Assembly: GCA_963575745.1 (NCBI GenBank)
Contig: CAUYUJ010000001.1
Span: 2,294,001-2,358,000, forward strand
Source: Prorocentrum cordatum
Taxonomy: Eukaryota
DNA: 64,000 nucleotides
Reading direction: 5' to 3'
Within the stretch, counting starts at the first letter, position 1; each line of letters opens with the position of its first letter. Below the pieces are notes generated by a model. That model was not told the DNA's origin and did no database searches. It saw only the letters and a list, made by a program, of their open reading frames with translations. The position numbers and the translations under genes were made by a program. Shown piece after piece: positions 12,036 to 24,900 of the stretch.

Positions 12036-12185
12036 GTCAACGCGTTCTTGGGGCAGAGACCGAACGAAGTGATCACCCTCATCTTCGAACAGCTCATATC
12101 AGTGGGTCGAACAAAAGCCGAGCAGTTTCAACACGTGCAGGATGCGCTGGTCTCAAGTGGTTTGGTGAACAAGTTGCATACGCAG
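12036..12185 (+). CDS. PLC-like phosphodiesterase exon (VNAFLGQRPNEVITLIFEQ...)
   Basis: FL...PNEV.T..FE family motif; CAG acceptor at 12035, CAG|GC donor; in phase with the exon ending at 5949. Confidence 0.88.
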
Positions 12186-12284
12186 GCCTCTTCCTGCTTC
12201 CTTCGTATCCTCAGTTATCTTTCCTCCCACTCATCCTCGATCTTCATCCCTCATCACTTCTCTTTCTTCCGCCTTCTCCTTCAG

Positions 12285-12471
12285 GCCCACGGACATCCAT
12301 GGCCAACGCTTGATCAAATGAAGGGGAAAGTCGTGATCTTCAACTACTTGCATGACCCTTTGCACGAGTCGAATCCAGTGAGTTCAGGCATCGACGATGA
12401 CAGCCGACGGTGGAACCACCACGCATTCTCGTTCATGGTTTCAAACAACTTCCAATATCCAGCTGCGTGTG
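12285..12471 (+). CDS. PLC-like phosphodiesterase exon (AHGHPWPTLDQMKGKVVIF...NNFQYPAAC)
   Basis: WPTL..M....V.F family motif; polypyrimidine tract + CAG acceptor; G|GCAAGT donor, phase 1. Confidence 0.85.
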
Positions 12472-13945
12472 GCAAGTCCGGCCACTGTGCCAGCCCAGCA
12501 TTTTGGATGGCGATTTGTCGGGGGGGCGCACAGGAGACTGTAACGAGGGGCACGTTTTGCCCCCAGGCTTAATAGAGCCGCTAATATGTGTCATTATAGT
12601 TCGCGTCGTTTCGTTATTTATGTTTTCGTCCTCAGCGTCGGCCTCATCCACTCATAATGTTGAAGTGCATCCCTGTTCCTCATTCGTCACTTCCTCGTCT
12701 TCTTATTGTTATTAGTTGTTCTGTTATTGTTATTCGTTGTTTGCTCTCCCTTTTGCCTCATCCCCTGTTCGGCGACGATTGTAGCAACGACCAGATGGTT
12801 GTCACATGTGGCCGTCGGCCAGCCTGAGACTATCTTGAGTTACTGCGCGGCCGCTTTGAGGCGGTGTAGGAAGATGATGGGAATGATGATCGTGATGACG
12901 ATGAGGATGAGCATGTTGAGGTGGAGGATAGTACATTACTTAGTGCGAGGGGCTTAATTTGCAAGCGGTGATTTCTCGAGCCATAGAACAGTTCGAAGAA
13001 GCACCCGCTTTCGAACCAATGATAAACTATATGCGGGGAGGGTTCACACCCGAGGCATTTAATTTCTATTATTGGAGGGGCTCTTCTGTGGTTGCCATTG
13101 CCAGATTGGGCTCTTCACTGGGAATTCTGACGACCGCAGCGCCGAGTTCGTACATCTGTGTAGGCAGGGATTGCATGCGGGACCGCAAACACGAATGCCG
13201 TGCTTCTTGATGCGCGTGGCCAAGTCCTGCACGCGGGACCGTTGGCACAAATCTGCATGAGATTCGTGTCGGCAGGGCCTGCGCGCGAGACCGTTGACAC
13301 AAGTCTACATTGGGGCGTTTACGAATCTCGATTGCGCATGGCCTGCTTGCGGGACGCCGTTTTCAGATTCCGCATGCGTCTCTTAGGCAGGGCTTGTTCG
13401 CAGGACCCCCGAAGAGACGCACGGGGGCGAGAAAGACCCGGTTGATGTTGGAGCAAATTCTGGGCGCTGCGTCGACATGGGCCATGCGCGAAGTCTAGGA
13501 GCGTTGCGATGCTCACTCAACGCGGATCGTTTGTGGCTTTGTGGTTTACGACGGCTATAGCCCTGGGGGCGCCGACCGGATGCATTTGCCGGCAGGTGCC
13601 GTTGACGAGAGCTCTCGGACACGTGCTGCTAGCAGCGAGGCCAGGGCACGGCCTGCCCAGTGCCGTCCCGAGCCGTCCGGGGTACCTCTCGGGTCTGTCC
13701 TCCGAGCGTCGACGCTGCGAGCGTCGCCCAGACGGCCGTCACATGCGACACGCCGGGGAGCCGTCGGGCCGCCCAGGGAGCCTCGGCAGGGACGGCGACG
13801 CACGCAGGGAAGCATGCTGAGGGGGGAGGCCTCCCCAGAGGGTAGCAGGGACTCTGCCGGGCAGCCCTGGGCGTGCTACCACGCCTCGGCGTGCCGGGGG
13901 GCACTGCGGCGGACGCTGGCAGGAGCGATCTCCTCGGGGCGTCAG

Positions 13946-14137
13946 GGTGCACCCGCTACAATGGTCACCCAGACAGCGCGCTGCTCCTCGTGAACCACTT
14001 CATCACGGCGCCCGCGGCGAGTGCCGCCTGGGCGTCTGCGGTCAATTACTATTCGGACTTGAAGGGGCACGCGGAGAAGTGCCAGAACGAATACAGCAAG
14101 GTACCGAATTTCTTGTTGGTTGACTTTTGGTCCATAG
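13946..14137 (+). CDS. PLC-like phosphodiesterase exon (CTRYNG...LLLVNHF...KVPNFLLVDFWSIG)
   Basis: L.L.NHF...N...L..H...C...PNF..VDF family motif; TCAG acceptor, AG|GC donor; phases match both neighbours. Confidence 0.9.
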
Positions 14138-15904
14138 GCGATTCGCTCCCAATGCTGCGGCGTATCTTGCATGATCCGCTTATCCGCGCTGCTCCTCCTC
14201 GTTTGTCTTTATCTGGCCTTGCACGGCTATGGCCCCCCCAAAGCCCATCCAAATCCAAACAGTATTGTTCACAGTAGTTGGTATAGTAGCATCGATCGCA
14301 GCAATCCCACCACACAGAGATCACGGCCGCGTGGCCCACTGTTGCTCGCAGTAGAGCCGCTATACTGTTCAGAGTGGTGTTGTTCGCAGCGGGCTGGCTC
14401 ATAAGAGTGCAGCTCGCGCTCACTTGGCTCGCGGCGGCCCTCTTCATGTGGATGTGTTGGCGCATGCGCAGAGACACATGATAGGCAGGGCTCTGGCCGA
14501 TAAGGCGTTCGGCGTTCGGGATAGATTAAGCGTGCTCACCCCCACTCTTTGCCAATGGTCATGGCGCTCGTGAACATTTGTCCTTCAACCCTGAGGCATC
14601 AAAAACGTTCTGACGTCGTGGCGCTTGCACGCCTCAACGGCAACGGTGCACCACGAGACCACAGGGGCACCATGGCGGAGGTATTTGTTCTGCACGTATC
14701 GTGGTTCCCGCCCAAGCGCATCCAGAAGCGAGCTGGCGTGAGAAGAGGGAGAGAGCAATCAACCTAAGCAGCCCTCCAACAATTGCCAACGTGGGACGCT
14801 CAGGGAACATCTTAGAGGCTCCTTGGATCCATCTTCTTGAACTCTTGGGTATTGTTGCTCACGCAGCTTGCCGAACAGGGTGCTGTTGAGGTAGAAGCTA
14901 GGTCCGGCCGAGGGAGACCGAAGAAGAGACATCCTCAAACAGGTTGTTTCGCTTGAGACATCCTCGCGAAACTCGTTTCCGAGATGGCCGAAATCAGGCG
15001 TCTCGTCTAAGACATCCTCGCAATTCTGGTCTTCGAGATGCCGCGCGAGAAGGGGGCCAGCGCGTTTCGCCCGAGATATCATAGGAATTCTGATGTCCGA
15101 GATGCCGCGCGCGTGAGGTGATCTTCGCGTGTCGCCTGAAACATCCTCACAACTCTGGGCTCCGAGGTGCTGCGCGCGAGGTGGTCCGGCGCGTTTCGTT
15201 TGAGACATCCTCGCAGTTGTGGGCCCTAAGGTGCTGCGCGCGAGATGGTCTGGCCCGTTTTGCCTGAGACATCCTCGCAGTTGTGGGCGCTAGGATGCTG
15301 CGCGCGAGGTGCTTCATTCTGCTTCGGTGGACGCATCTTCGCGGATCTCGGTTCCGAGATGTCACGCGCGAGGTGGTCCAGCCCGTTTCGCTTGAGACAT
15401 ATTCGCAACTTTGGGCTCCAAGATGTCGCGCGCGGGGTGGTCTGGGGCGTTTCGCCTGAGACATCCTTGCAGTTATTGGCTCCAAGATACCGCGCGAGAG
15501 GTAGCCTGGCCCGTGTCGCCTGCGACATCGTCGCAACTCTGGGCTCTGAGAAGGTGTGCGCGAGGTGGCCCGATGCGTTTCGGCCGAGACATCCTCGCAA
15601 CTAGGGGCTCCGACATGCTGCGCGCGAGGTGGTCCGGCGCGTTTCGCGCGAGACAGCCTAGAACTTCTGGGCTCCGAGAGGGAGGAGGGAGGAGGGGTCA
15701 GGCCCAAGCGAACCTTTTGATTACGTTTCTGTTGTCCGATTATGCTTCTGGGAGGTGTCTGGGCGCCGCCTGATCCTCGCAACTCTGAGCTCCAAGACGT
15801 CGCGCGCGAGGTGGTCCTGTCCGTTCCGTCTGAGATATTCTCGCAGCTGGTCTCTGCGACGCCGCGCGCGTGGTGGTCTGGCCCGTTTCGCCAGAGACGT
15901 CCTA

Positions 15905-16092
15905 CGGTAGGTTTGCGTCGTGTCGACCAGCGGCGACCCCAGCGCGGGCGTTCAAGGTTGAACGCCGCCGGCGACCCAGAATCGATCGATGTTGAACGAT
16001 CGGACGTTGCGGAGACGGCCGATCGTTCAAGGTTGAACGATCCCCGCGGTGTCAGGAACCAACGCCGGGGTCGACACGACACGAACCTACCG
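15905..16092. mobile_element. 188-bp MITE with about 24-bp TIRs and TA target duplication (Tc1/mariner type)
   Basis: TA|CGGTAGGTTTGCGTCGTGTCGACC ... GGTCGACACGACACGAACCTACCG|TA; removal restores a satellite unit. Confidence 0.88.
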
Positions 16093-16175
16093 TAGCAGTT
16101 CTGGGCCCCGACGTGCTGCGAGCGAGGTCCAGCGCGTGTCGCCTGGTACAGCCTCGAACGACTGGGCTCCGAGAG

Positions 16176-16339
16176 CAAGGGCTCCCACGAGGGCGCGAAG
16201 TTATTCGCGCTTCGCGCTTCGCGGTCCTCGTTCCTCCTCCTCGTCCTCCTTTTCTCCCTTTGGGGGGGCGGCGCGAGGGCGCGAAGTTATTCGCGCTTCG
16301 CGCTTCGCGCAGCGCGAAGCGCGAAGTTGGGAGCCCTTG
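16176..16339. mobile_element. 164-bp MITE with perfect 12-bp TIRs and 5-bp TSD
   Basis: GAGAG|CAAGGGCTCCCA ... TGGGAGCCCTTG|GAGAG; empty-site version GGCTCCGAGAGGGAGG near 15670. Confidence 0.85.
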
Positions 16340-17134
16340 GAGAGGGAGGAAGGAGCAGGGAGGAGGGGTCAGACCCAAGCGAACGATGCGATGCCATTTC
16401 TGTTGTCGAATTATGCTCTGGGAGGTGTCTGGGCGCTGCCTGATCCTGGCAACTCGGAGCTCCCAGATGTCGCGCGGGAGGTAATCCAGCCCGTTTGCTT
16501 CGTCTGAGACATGTTCGCAACTCTGGGCTGCGAGATGCTGCGCGAGAGGTGGTCCGGCCTGCTTCGCACGAGACAGCATCGCAAGTCGGAGCTCCGAGAT
16601 GCTGCGCGCGAGGTGGCCTGGGCCCGTTTCGCCTGAGACACCCCCCAGATCTCGGGCCCCGAGAGGGAGGGGGGAGGAGGAGGGGGGGGAGGAGGGGGGA
16701 GGGGAGGGAGGGGGAGGGGAGGGAGAGGGGGGGGAGGGGGAGGAGAGGGGGGGGAGGAGGAGGGGAGAGGGAGGGGGGGGGAGGAGGGGGGAGGGGTCAG
16801 ATACAAACGAACCACTTGATTCCTCTTGTGTTGTCGGCTTGTGCTTTGGGAGGGGCCTGGGCGCCCCTGGCCCGGCGGAGGAGGCAGCTAGCGCTGACGC
16901 GCGGCCGCGATGCACTGGTCAGCTCCAAAGAGCCACGCTTGAGCAAGTCGTGGAGGTGCTTCGAGCGAGAGCGCGGTGAGCATGGAGGGAGCAGGATGGG
17001 GCAGGAGACAGGGAGGATGAAGCAGACAGTGAACGATGGATACGGGACCAGGCCCAAACGATTTGTTTGCGGGCATCCATCATCCATGGGGAGGACGCCC
17101 CTTGGAAGCGGAATCGAGAGTGCGAAGGCATCCT

Positions 17135-17840
17135 AGCATGGCGGAGGAAGCGGAGACGAGGATAGACGAGGGGGAAAAGGAGAAGGAAGAGAAGGGCAAT
17201 GATTTAAAATGACGGGGAGGACGAGGAGAAGGGGGAGGAGGAGGTATGCGAGGACGAGGAGGAGGAGAGGAAGAGGGGGAGCAGTGAGAGGAGGATGAGG
17301 ATGAGGAGGAGCAGGAGCAGGAGAAGCAAGAGGACCACTGCGAAGAGGAGGAGGAGGAGGAGGAGGAGGACGCGGAACACGAGAAGGAGTACGAGGCATA
17401 CAAGGAGGAACACGGCGAGCAGATGGAGGAGCAGGAGGACGAGCAGATGGAGTGCGATGAGGAGGTAGAGGATTAGGAGGAGAATAAGGATGACGAGGGA
17501 AACGCCGAGGAGGAATAGCACCAGGAGAATGAGGAGGATTCGTCTGAGGAGGGGGGCGAAGGAGGAGTGAGATGAGGAGGTATAGAAGGAGGAGGAGGAG
17601 GAAGACCAGGAGGATCAGGATGAGGAGGACGACGATGATGAGGAGGAGGAGGATGAGGAGGAGCGGGAGAAAGGGAGGAGGTGGATGATGAGGAGGAGGT
17701 GTAGTGGAATAGTGGAGGGCGAGAAGCATAATGACGTAGATGCGGAGGAGGACGACGACGACGATGACGAAAAGCTCGACGACGACGCCGAGAGCGCAAG
17801 CGGATCAGGAGCAGGAGGACGCGCGAACACAGAGGAGCCA
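17135..17840. repeat. Purine-rich (GAG)n low-complexity tract
   Basis: Direct reading. Confidence 0.9.
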
Positions 17841-18109
17841 CCTTGACTCAACAATTGCTGGTTTCGGATGCTGGACCCTGGCTAAATTTGGAAGACAATG
17901 TGTTGTCTTTGGGGCCTTTTTGGGACCATGCTGGAGACCATCGGCCGAAGAAGAGATTAGCGAAGGGCCCAACTGTGTGTAGCGCATGGGGGCGGTCTTC
18001 TTTTACATGTACGTATGCACGCATGTTTCTATACGCTTGTATGCAAATATCACATGGCCGTCGGCCCCATCCCGCCACAGTGCCCAGGTAGTGGATGTAA
18101 GCCCTATTG

Positions 18110-18790
18110 GATGTTCGTTGGAGGCCTCTCGGGGGCCTCTTGGAGGCAGTATGGAAGCCTCATAAGGGGGGCGTTTCGGAGCCTTCTTGAGCCTTTGGGG
18201 GTGCCTCTTGGGGGCCTCTTGGGGCTTTTGGGGGGCCCCTTGTGGGCCTGTTGAGGCCTCCTGGGCGCCTCTTGGGGCCTCCTGGACGCTTCTTGGAGCG
18301 GAAGGCTTGATTTTCGGTTCGCGTTCCCTCTCTTGGGTCCCTTTTGGGGCCGTCTTGGGCGCCTCTTGGGCCGTCTTGGGGCGCTCTGAGGCCGTTTCGG
18401 GCCTCTCTTGGAGGCCTCTTGGGCAGTTTTGGGATGGTCTTGGGGGCCTCTTGGTTGCTTGGAGCGTAGGAAAGCCGAAAAGGCAAACCCATGGAAATCA
18501 GTGATTTGTGCCTCCTCGGGGCTCTCTTGGGAGGCCTCTGGAATGCCTCTTGGGGCGTTTTGGGGGCCTCTTGGGCCGTTGCGAGGCCGTCTTGGACGTC
18601 TTGGGCCGATCTTTGTGCGTCTCGGGGCCCCTCTGGACCGTCTTGGAGGCCGCTCGGGGCCCCATTGTGCCCGTCTTGGGGCCCTCTCGTGCCCGAAGAC
18701 GTCGTGCGACAAGATGCCGGCTACCCACAGGGGGCACGCGGGCAGCCCCAAGAGGTTTCTGGATTCGGGGTCCGGGCCTTTGAAAGACTG
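18110..18790. repeat. GGGCCTCTTGGG-rich interspersed repeat
   Basis: Same motif family as 6090-6390 and 11600-11900. Confidence 0.75.
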
Positions 18791-18831
18791 TTCAGTACTG
18801 CCGAATCGCTCGCTGAATCGATTCTGACTCT

Positions 18832-19057
18832 CAGAGCCCCGAATCATCAGGGGTAACTCGGGTCAGGGATAACTCGGGTTCGTTTTTCGGGAATCCAAAC
18901 CCGAGTTACCCCGGACCCGAGTTACCCCGGATAACTCGGGCGTCCAGAGCCCCGAATCATCAGGGGTAACTCGGGTCAGGGGTAACTCGGGTTTCTTTTT
19001 CGGGAGTCCAAACCCGAGTTACCCCGGACCCGAGTTACCCCGGATAACTCGGGCGCC
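18832..19057. repeat. Tandem duplication of a 113-bp internally palindromic unit
   Basis: CAGAGCCCCGAATCATC at 18832 and 18945; each unit has two GGG(G/A)TAACTCGGGT facing two ACCCGAGTTACCCC. Confidence 0.93.
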
Positions 19058-19129
19058 CAAGACTCGCGCTGGCTTCGGGTCCCCACTCGCCTTCGCCCCC
19101 AGCATTGCCCCTCGTGGAAACTGCGACAG

Positions 19130-19317
19130 GCGATGTCATCGCGGTCGCACTGCAGCTGAACGAGGACATCAATCCCAGCAGCTATCCCGCGATACCAGCC
19201 TCTTCGTATATTACTGGCGACGGCGGTGCCGGGGCCATTGAGGTGGACAATGCTGGGATCACGAGGTACGTGGGATACGTGCCGGTGAACCTCAACGGAG
19301 GTGGATTTATTTGCCAG
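19130..19317 (+). CDS. PLC-like phosphodiesterase exon (GDVIAVALQLNEDIN...GGGFICQ)
   Basis: Completes the family end motif VDFW.IGDV......LN; ACAG acceptor phase 1; CAG|GC candidate donor (otherwise reads on to the stop at 19365). Confidence 0.8.
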
Positions 19318-20679
19318 GCATCCAGCCTCCAGCCAGGGGCGCAGGAGGAGGAAGAGGAGCGATAAATGGAGGGAGGGGGAGATGACAGAGGAGGATGGCT
19401 TGGAGGGGAGGGAGAGGAGGGAGAAGGGGGCGAAATGAAAAATGTGTGGAGGGCAGAGGGAATGAGGAGCAGGGGGCGGAAGAAGGGGGGAAGGTCCTCC
19501 TGTCCTAGGTCCTTCCTTCAGAATTCAGAGCGAGATAATCCGGCGGCATGAAAACCCGCACGAGATCTCGATTTTAAGAAGAGCTGTCTTCCATGACTGT
19601 ATTTGTCGGAGCTTGAAGTTCATGGACCCCACGACGTAGGGGAGTCATGGGCGAAAGAGTTGAAAATGGACCGCCCACCAATCGTAGGAAAACCCGGAAA
19701 TTTTACATTTGGGGGCAACGAAAAAGAAAACGTTGCGAATACGCGAGCAATAGGCGCCCCATCCGTGCACCCATGGAAAAAACAACAAGCAAAAACGATT
19801 CGACCTGTATTGACACAATGTGTGGTGACGTCTCGGCCCAAACGCCCAGGCTGCCCTATGGGCACGTCTTGTGGTCCAACAAGCAGGAAATCAACGCAAG
19901 GAAGGGTATGAAATAAGAGAGGGGGAAGGTAGGAGGAGAAGGAGGAGGAAGAGGAGGAGGAGGAGGAGGAGGAGGAGCAGGAACATCGGCAGCAAGAAAC
20001 GGGAGGAGGAGAAGGAAGAGACAAGTGGAGGTGGAGGGGGAGAGGAGGAGGAGGAGGAGGAGGAGGAGGAGGAGAGGAGGAAGAGAGATAGAGAGGCGGA
20101 CAGGGGGGGGGGGGGGGGGGGGGGAGAAAAGAAGAGCACGAGAGCTCGCCCGCGAGGCCTCCAGCCTGGCCGACGTCTGGCAGCCTGGGCCGACCGCGCT
20201 CCTCTCGAGCTGCGGCGCTGTCTGGACCACGGGCGCGCCCGCTCCGCCAGCCAAGTGCGTTCCCCTCCCGCCCTCCTCCTGCTCGCCGCCCCCCCCCCCA
20301 TCCCCCCCCCCCTTCCCTCCGGGTTTTCCCCCCCCCCTCCCCCAGTATCCGCCCTGCCTTGCCCACTTGGCATCGCTCGGCCGCGTGCCCCCTTTTCTTT
20401 TCTTGGCGAGGACGATCGAGGAGCATCACCAGGCAAAACAACAAAAACAAACACGCATGACATCGACAAATGCACGATGAGTGGACGTCCGAGCGATGGC
20501 AAGACCCTGCCCTGCCCACCGTCCCCCATCTCGCAATCGCCGCTTCCACGCTTCCCCCCCCCCCCCCCCCAGCCTTTCGGAGGCCCACGCCTTTGCTATC
20601 GCGAACTGTTCGGAAAGGCCGTGCGATAGCGAGCCATTCCCCAAAGGCACGGAACCATTCCCCGTCTTCTGGTGCCGCC

Positions 20680-21874
20680 ATGGCTGGCCGCAGTGGTGTT
20701 CCTTCTGACGGGCTTGTCAACCGCTGGAATCGCTCCCGTCGCCCCAAATCGGTGCCTCCTCTTCAACCTGGTCTTCAGCCTGCTGGTGGAACAGGAAAGG
20801 GTTTTTCCAAAGGAGGTGGTGGCCAGCAGCAGCAGCAGCAGCAGCAGCTGGTACAGGAGCGATGCGTTTGCTGCCAGTGTGGGTGCAAGAAGAATTTGGC
20901 GACGTGGTCGTGGTGTAAGCATTGTAAGTCGCCATGGTCACCGGCATGCGAATGGACATATTCTCCCACCAAGGATGGCACACCAGCCAAAGACAAGTCT
21001 TCTCTTGCGTTGGATGGGTTGTTTCCAGATGGAATTGATAAACTTGCTGTGCTCCCCGGGCAAGGAGGGGATGCCGAGGGAGGTGCCAAGTATCCAGCCG
21101 CGGCACAGGTTCGACGTTCGCCCTCCCCCACGCAGTCCCTGCAGTTCCAGGCCAACTCTGCGCACAGCAAGCTCAGACCGACGGAGAAGCGGCTTCAAGC
21201 TGCCCTCATCAAGTACGAGGAGCAGGATAGCACTTTCAGACGTCAACGGGCAGAGACCGCCTCCTTGCGAAAGGAGTTCCAGACGGCTGAAGACATTCAC
21301 AAAACTCTCATTGGTAAGCTTGCTCGTGAGCACTCCTCTGGTTGCGCAGTGCTTGGACGGGAAGGCCGGCGACGTGCTCACTATCGACGTGGGCTTCCTC
21401 AACGTCGACGACGCGGAGTACGAAGTCTCGCCTCAAGATCGCGAGGAGCTTGACCGTCGCTCCAAGCAGCTGGCCGACGGAGTCAAGCACCTTTGCTCTA
21501 CTCTGTTCAAGCAGGCCAGCGACCAAGCCAAGAAAGCACGCGAAGATCATGAGAAACATCTGCGGCGCCTCGCGGCCAAGACACGCCGCCAGGGCGACGT
21601 TCATGCGGCAGCCCAACCAGCAACACCTGCAGCAGAGGCCGACGGCGCAACTGGCGCTGGCGACGGAGCTGCAGCAGCCGCAGCAGCAGCATCGGCGACG
21701 CCTAGTGGTGGAGCAGCTCCGGCAGGAGGAGCTGCTGTACCAGCGAAGGCACCTGAGGCCCAGAGCCCGCCGCCAGAGCCTGTGCGTGAGTTTTCCACGG
21801 CAGAGCGCAAGGCTCGCGCCGACGCCGCGCTCGCAGCCACAGCAGATTCAGATGGTGATCTCCCCCCTGCATAG
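20680..21874 (+). pseudogene. LINE ORF1 with RanBP2-like Cys4 finger and coiled coil, frameshift near 21340
   Basis: CVCCQCGCKKNLATWSWCKHC; helical EKRLQAALIKYEEQ..; continues in the 20672..21874 frame. Confidence 0.65.
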
Positions 21875-21969
21875 GCCACCGCCTAGATGCAGGGGGGGCG
21901 ACTCTAATCACACGTTTCGCACATTTCCCACGGCCTGTCGGCCTTATTTCCGTCGTTCCCTCCGCGCTC

Positions 21970-24900
21970 ATGATGTCCGTTACCAAGGCCGAGGGTGCCG
22001 TCGGAATGCGGTGCGTCACTCTTTGTGGAGGTCGCAACGAGTTTGTCGGAAGGTTGCCCAGGTCTTGGCTTGCTGCAGCCACGAAGCCTGCCAGTTTTGT
22101 CTGCCCTCTGACGGCCTATCCTGCCCTGGCCTCTCCTGGGCCTGATTCTCCGGTGGTTATGGTGCCTGGTCCTAGGATTTCCACTGCCCCCCTTTCCTCG
22201 CCTGTGACCCCAGGTCCCACGCGCGGCCCCGCGGTGTCCGACGGGCTGAGCTCGATTGAGCTAGTTGTTCGCAGTATCAACTGCAACAGCTGGATCACTC
22301 TCAAGAAGATGTTTCCTGACACGCCTGCTACGGTTCTCCTGGTTCAGGGGCACAGGCTCGCCTCCAGTGAAGGAGTACACGTCGCTTCTCAGTGGCGCGC
22401 TCGCAACGGTTGGGAGAGATTGTGGGCCCCTGCCGTTTCGACGGATGGAGACACGTCAGGAGGTGCTGCGGCGCTCGCCAAATCCTTTTCTCGGACTGTT
22501 CCCCCCTTCGGATGGGGCATAGCATTGCCAAGGGCCACCTCTCTCAAGCGAAGGCGCAAATCCCAGGAGGTTTCACCTTCGACGCTTTCTCGGTTTACTT
22601 GTGCGACAGCGAAGGCACATCGGATCGCAACTTGGATCTTCTCTGTCAGTTAGGCGCGCGCAGGCCGCTCCCGCCTCTTTTGTCATAGGAGGAGACCGGA
22701 ACATGTCTCCCGACATGCTCCGCTCTACTAAGTTTGCGTCGAAGCTCCAGGGCCAGCTGATTCGCGCCCCTGGCCGCGCCCACTTTGGAACATGCGACCC
22801 TTCCACCCTTGATTTCTGTGCGCAGTGGGGGCCTCGGCAAGGCCTTCCGTAAGTGTTCGGTTCTTCACAGCGCGGTTTTGAGTCCGCATCGCCCTGTGGA
22901 CTTAGCCTTCCACAAGTCCTCTGCGTCTTTGGAGGCACTATGTTTCAGGAAGCCCCCCCCCCCCTCCGAAGGAGCCCGTTTTCGGTCCGAGGCCTGAGCT
23001 CCCAAACTAGATTCATGTTACCACTCGTGCCCAGGCCGGCATCGATGCTGTCGCCGCGGGCGACGCCGCCGCTGCTTTCAGTCATTTGCCCCCAGGCTAC
23101 GCGGCATGGGCCCATGGTGCCGAGGCCGAGCTGGCGCAGATAACGGGGGCGGAGCTGGCGGTCAAGGGCGCCAGAAGCAAGGGGCCGCAGCCCATGTGGG
23201 AAATTGCTGTGGGAAGGGACGGACAACCCAGGTATCCTGAGCATCGTGCCATCCTGTGGCTGGTGCCTCAGTTTCGCGCCTGTCTTAGTCTGCGCTGTTC
23301 GGGCCAAGGTTCAGGCCCTTTGGTTTCGAGGATAGGCGCCCTGCTCTGTGCCCCGCCTGCCCAAGTCAAGCGTCATTATTCCATGTCCCCTGGCTCCTTC
23401 GAACGCGCGCGCGCCTTCATTGCGGCGTCGGAAGGTAGGCAGACGTCTTCGGAGCAGATTGTTTCCGCCCAAGTTCTCCTGGAAGTCATTTCAGGTGCTG
23501 CTGCCCAGGCGGATGCTACCGTCAAGACGAGTGCCCAGGCTGATCGGCGCGCGTGGCCCACTAAGGGTATCGATCAGGGTGCTCGACATGTCCATGCCAT
23601 TGCGATGGGCCCCACTCCTTGGGTCCCCACTACCACTTTGTCCAGGGATGTCGTGACCGACCCCCTTGGCTCGTTGGCCAGTGAAGGGGGCGAGTTTTCT
23701 TCGTTTTGTGGGTCTGGCGTCGGCAACCTGGACCCCCCTTCTTCGATTTCCTCTCTCCCTCGGGCTACGCCAGACGAGCTCAGAGAGGCCCCTAAAACAT
23801 ATAAAAAGACTTCGGCCGTCACCCACGACGGAATTGGCTGCAGGCATTTCCAGTTCTTGTGTGACGATGGCCTCGTTGCTCGGGGCATGCTATCTGAGTT
23901 AATGGAGTCGCTCGGCCAGCTGCCCAGACAGATCAGCGCCGTGCTTCTCGCCATGCTCACGAAACCCACTGGCGGCTACAGGCCGGTAGGGGTGGTCTGC
24001 GCCCGGTACAGGGTGCGGGGCCGTCCCCGACGGCCTCATGCCCTGTCCCGGGAGCAGCAACGCCCTCGTCGGCACTGGGCCGCTGGCGCGTTTCGCGGAG
24101 CACCGGGCGCGGCCTGGAGGCAGCTGGTTCGCGCCGAAGCTGGCACCTCCAGGAAGGAAGTTAGCGCCAATGTTTTTTTATGATACGCGCAAGCATTCTG
24201 CAATTATCCACTTGGGCACCCTCGCTGCGCGTCGCGTGCTAGTTGTCGTTCCTCAGGTGCTCACTCGGCTCACTCTTCTCGCTTATCGACGCGGCGGGGT
24301 TGCGTCGATAGCTGGGCTCTTGGATGGCCCATACTTCGTGGACAACGGAGGTATAGCAGGGCGCTGTATGGCGACCACCCATATCAGAGTGCACGCCACG
24401 TCTCCCTTTAATACCATCCCCATCCATCCCCCCCGCGAGTTCGACGTGTATCTTGATGGCACGAGCATCTCATGCACTGGCACTTCCAAACATGTCATTT
24501 CGTGTCTTGTGTCCTCTACTGCTGCGCTCCATCATGCGATCACTGCCCAGTTCTCGCTAGATACAATATGCACGGTTGCCTCGTGCAAAGCACTTGGCCA
24601 TGATCTTTTATCTGCGCTTGGCCAGCTAGGAGGCAGAGTCAGCGACGCTACGGTTGTCCTCGGAGTGGGTTACACCGCGGGAGCTGCGGTGCGCGTCTCT
24701 GGGCGACGCCCCAAGCTTAAAGCCCGAGTCGCTCTGGCCGGGCGGAAGGCTCGCCGTCTCAAGCGGCAATCGGGAAACTTCGGTCGCCGAGCCCTGAGAG
24801 AGCACGCGCGCGGTCCTCTCCCTGGAGGGACGCACGGCGCAGACATTCTTGGAGTCAGCGACCAAGTTCTGTTTACGATGAGAAGGCAAGCGTTCTCTAC

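Larger units (their letters stand above)
14935..16650. repeat. 64-bp degenerate satellite with a recurring linker segment, interrupted by two MITEs
   Basis: GAGACATCCTCGCA..TGGGCTCCGAGATGCTGCGCGCGAGGTGGTCCGGCCCGTTTCGCCT at 15202, 15266, 15394, 15458, 15586; linker GGAGGGGTCAG..AAGCGAAC..TTCTGTTGTC near 15690, 16365, 16795. Confidence 0.9.

Noticed and set aside
14330..14481. Hydrophobic TM-like short frame as an alternative exon
   Set aside because: The family motif continues at 19130; no clear in-phase splice sites
17080..17854. Leu/Ser/Pro-rich ORFs
   Set aside because: Antisense translations of the (GAG)n tract
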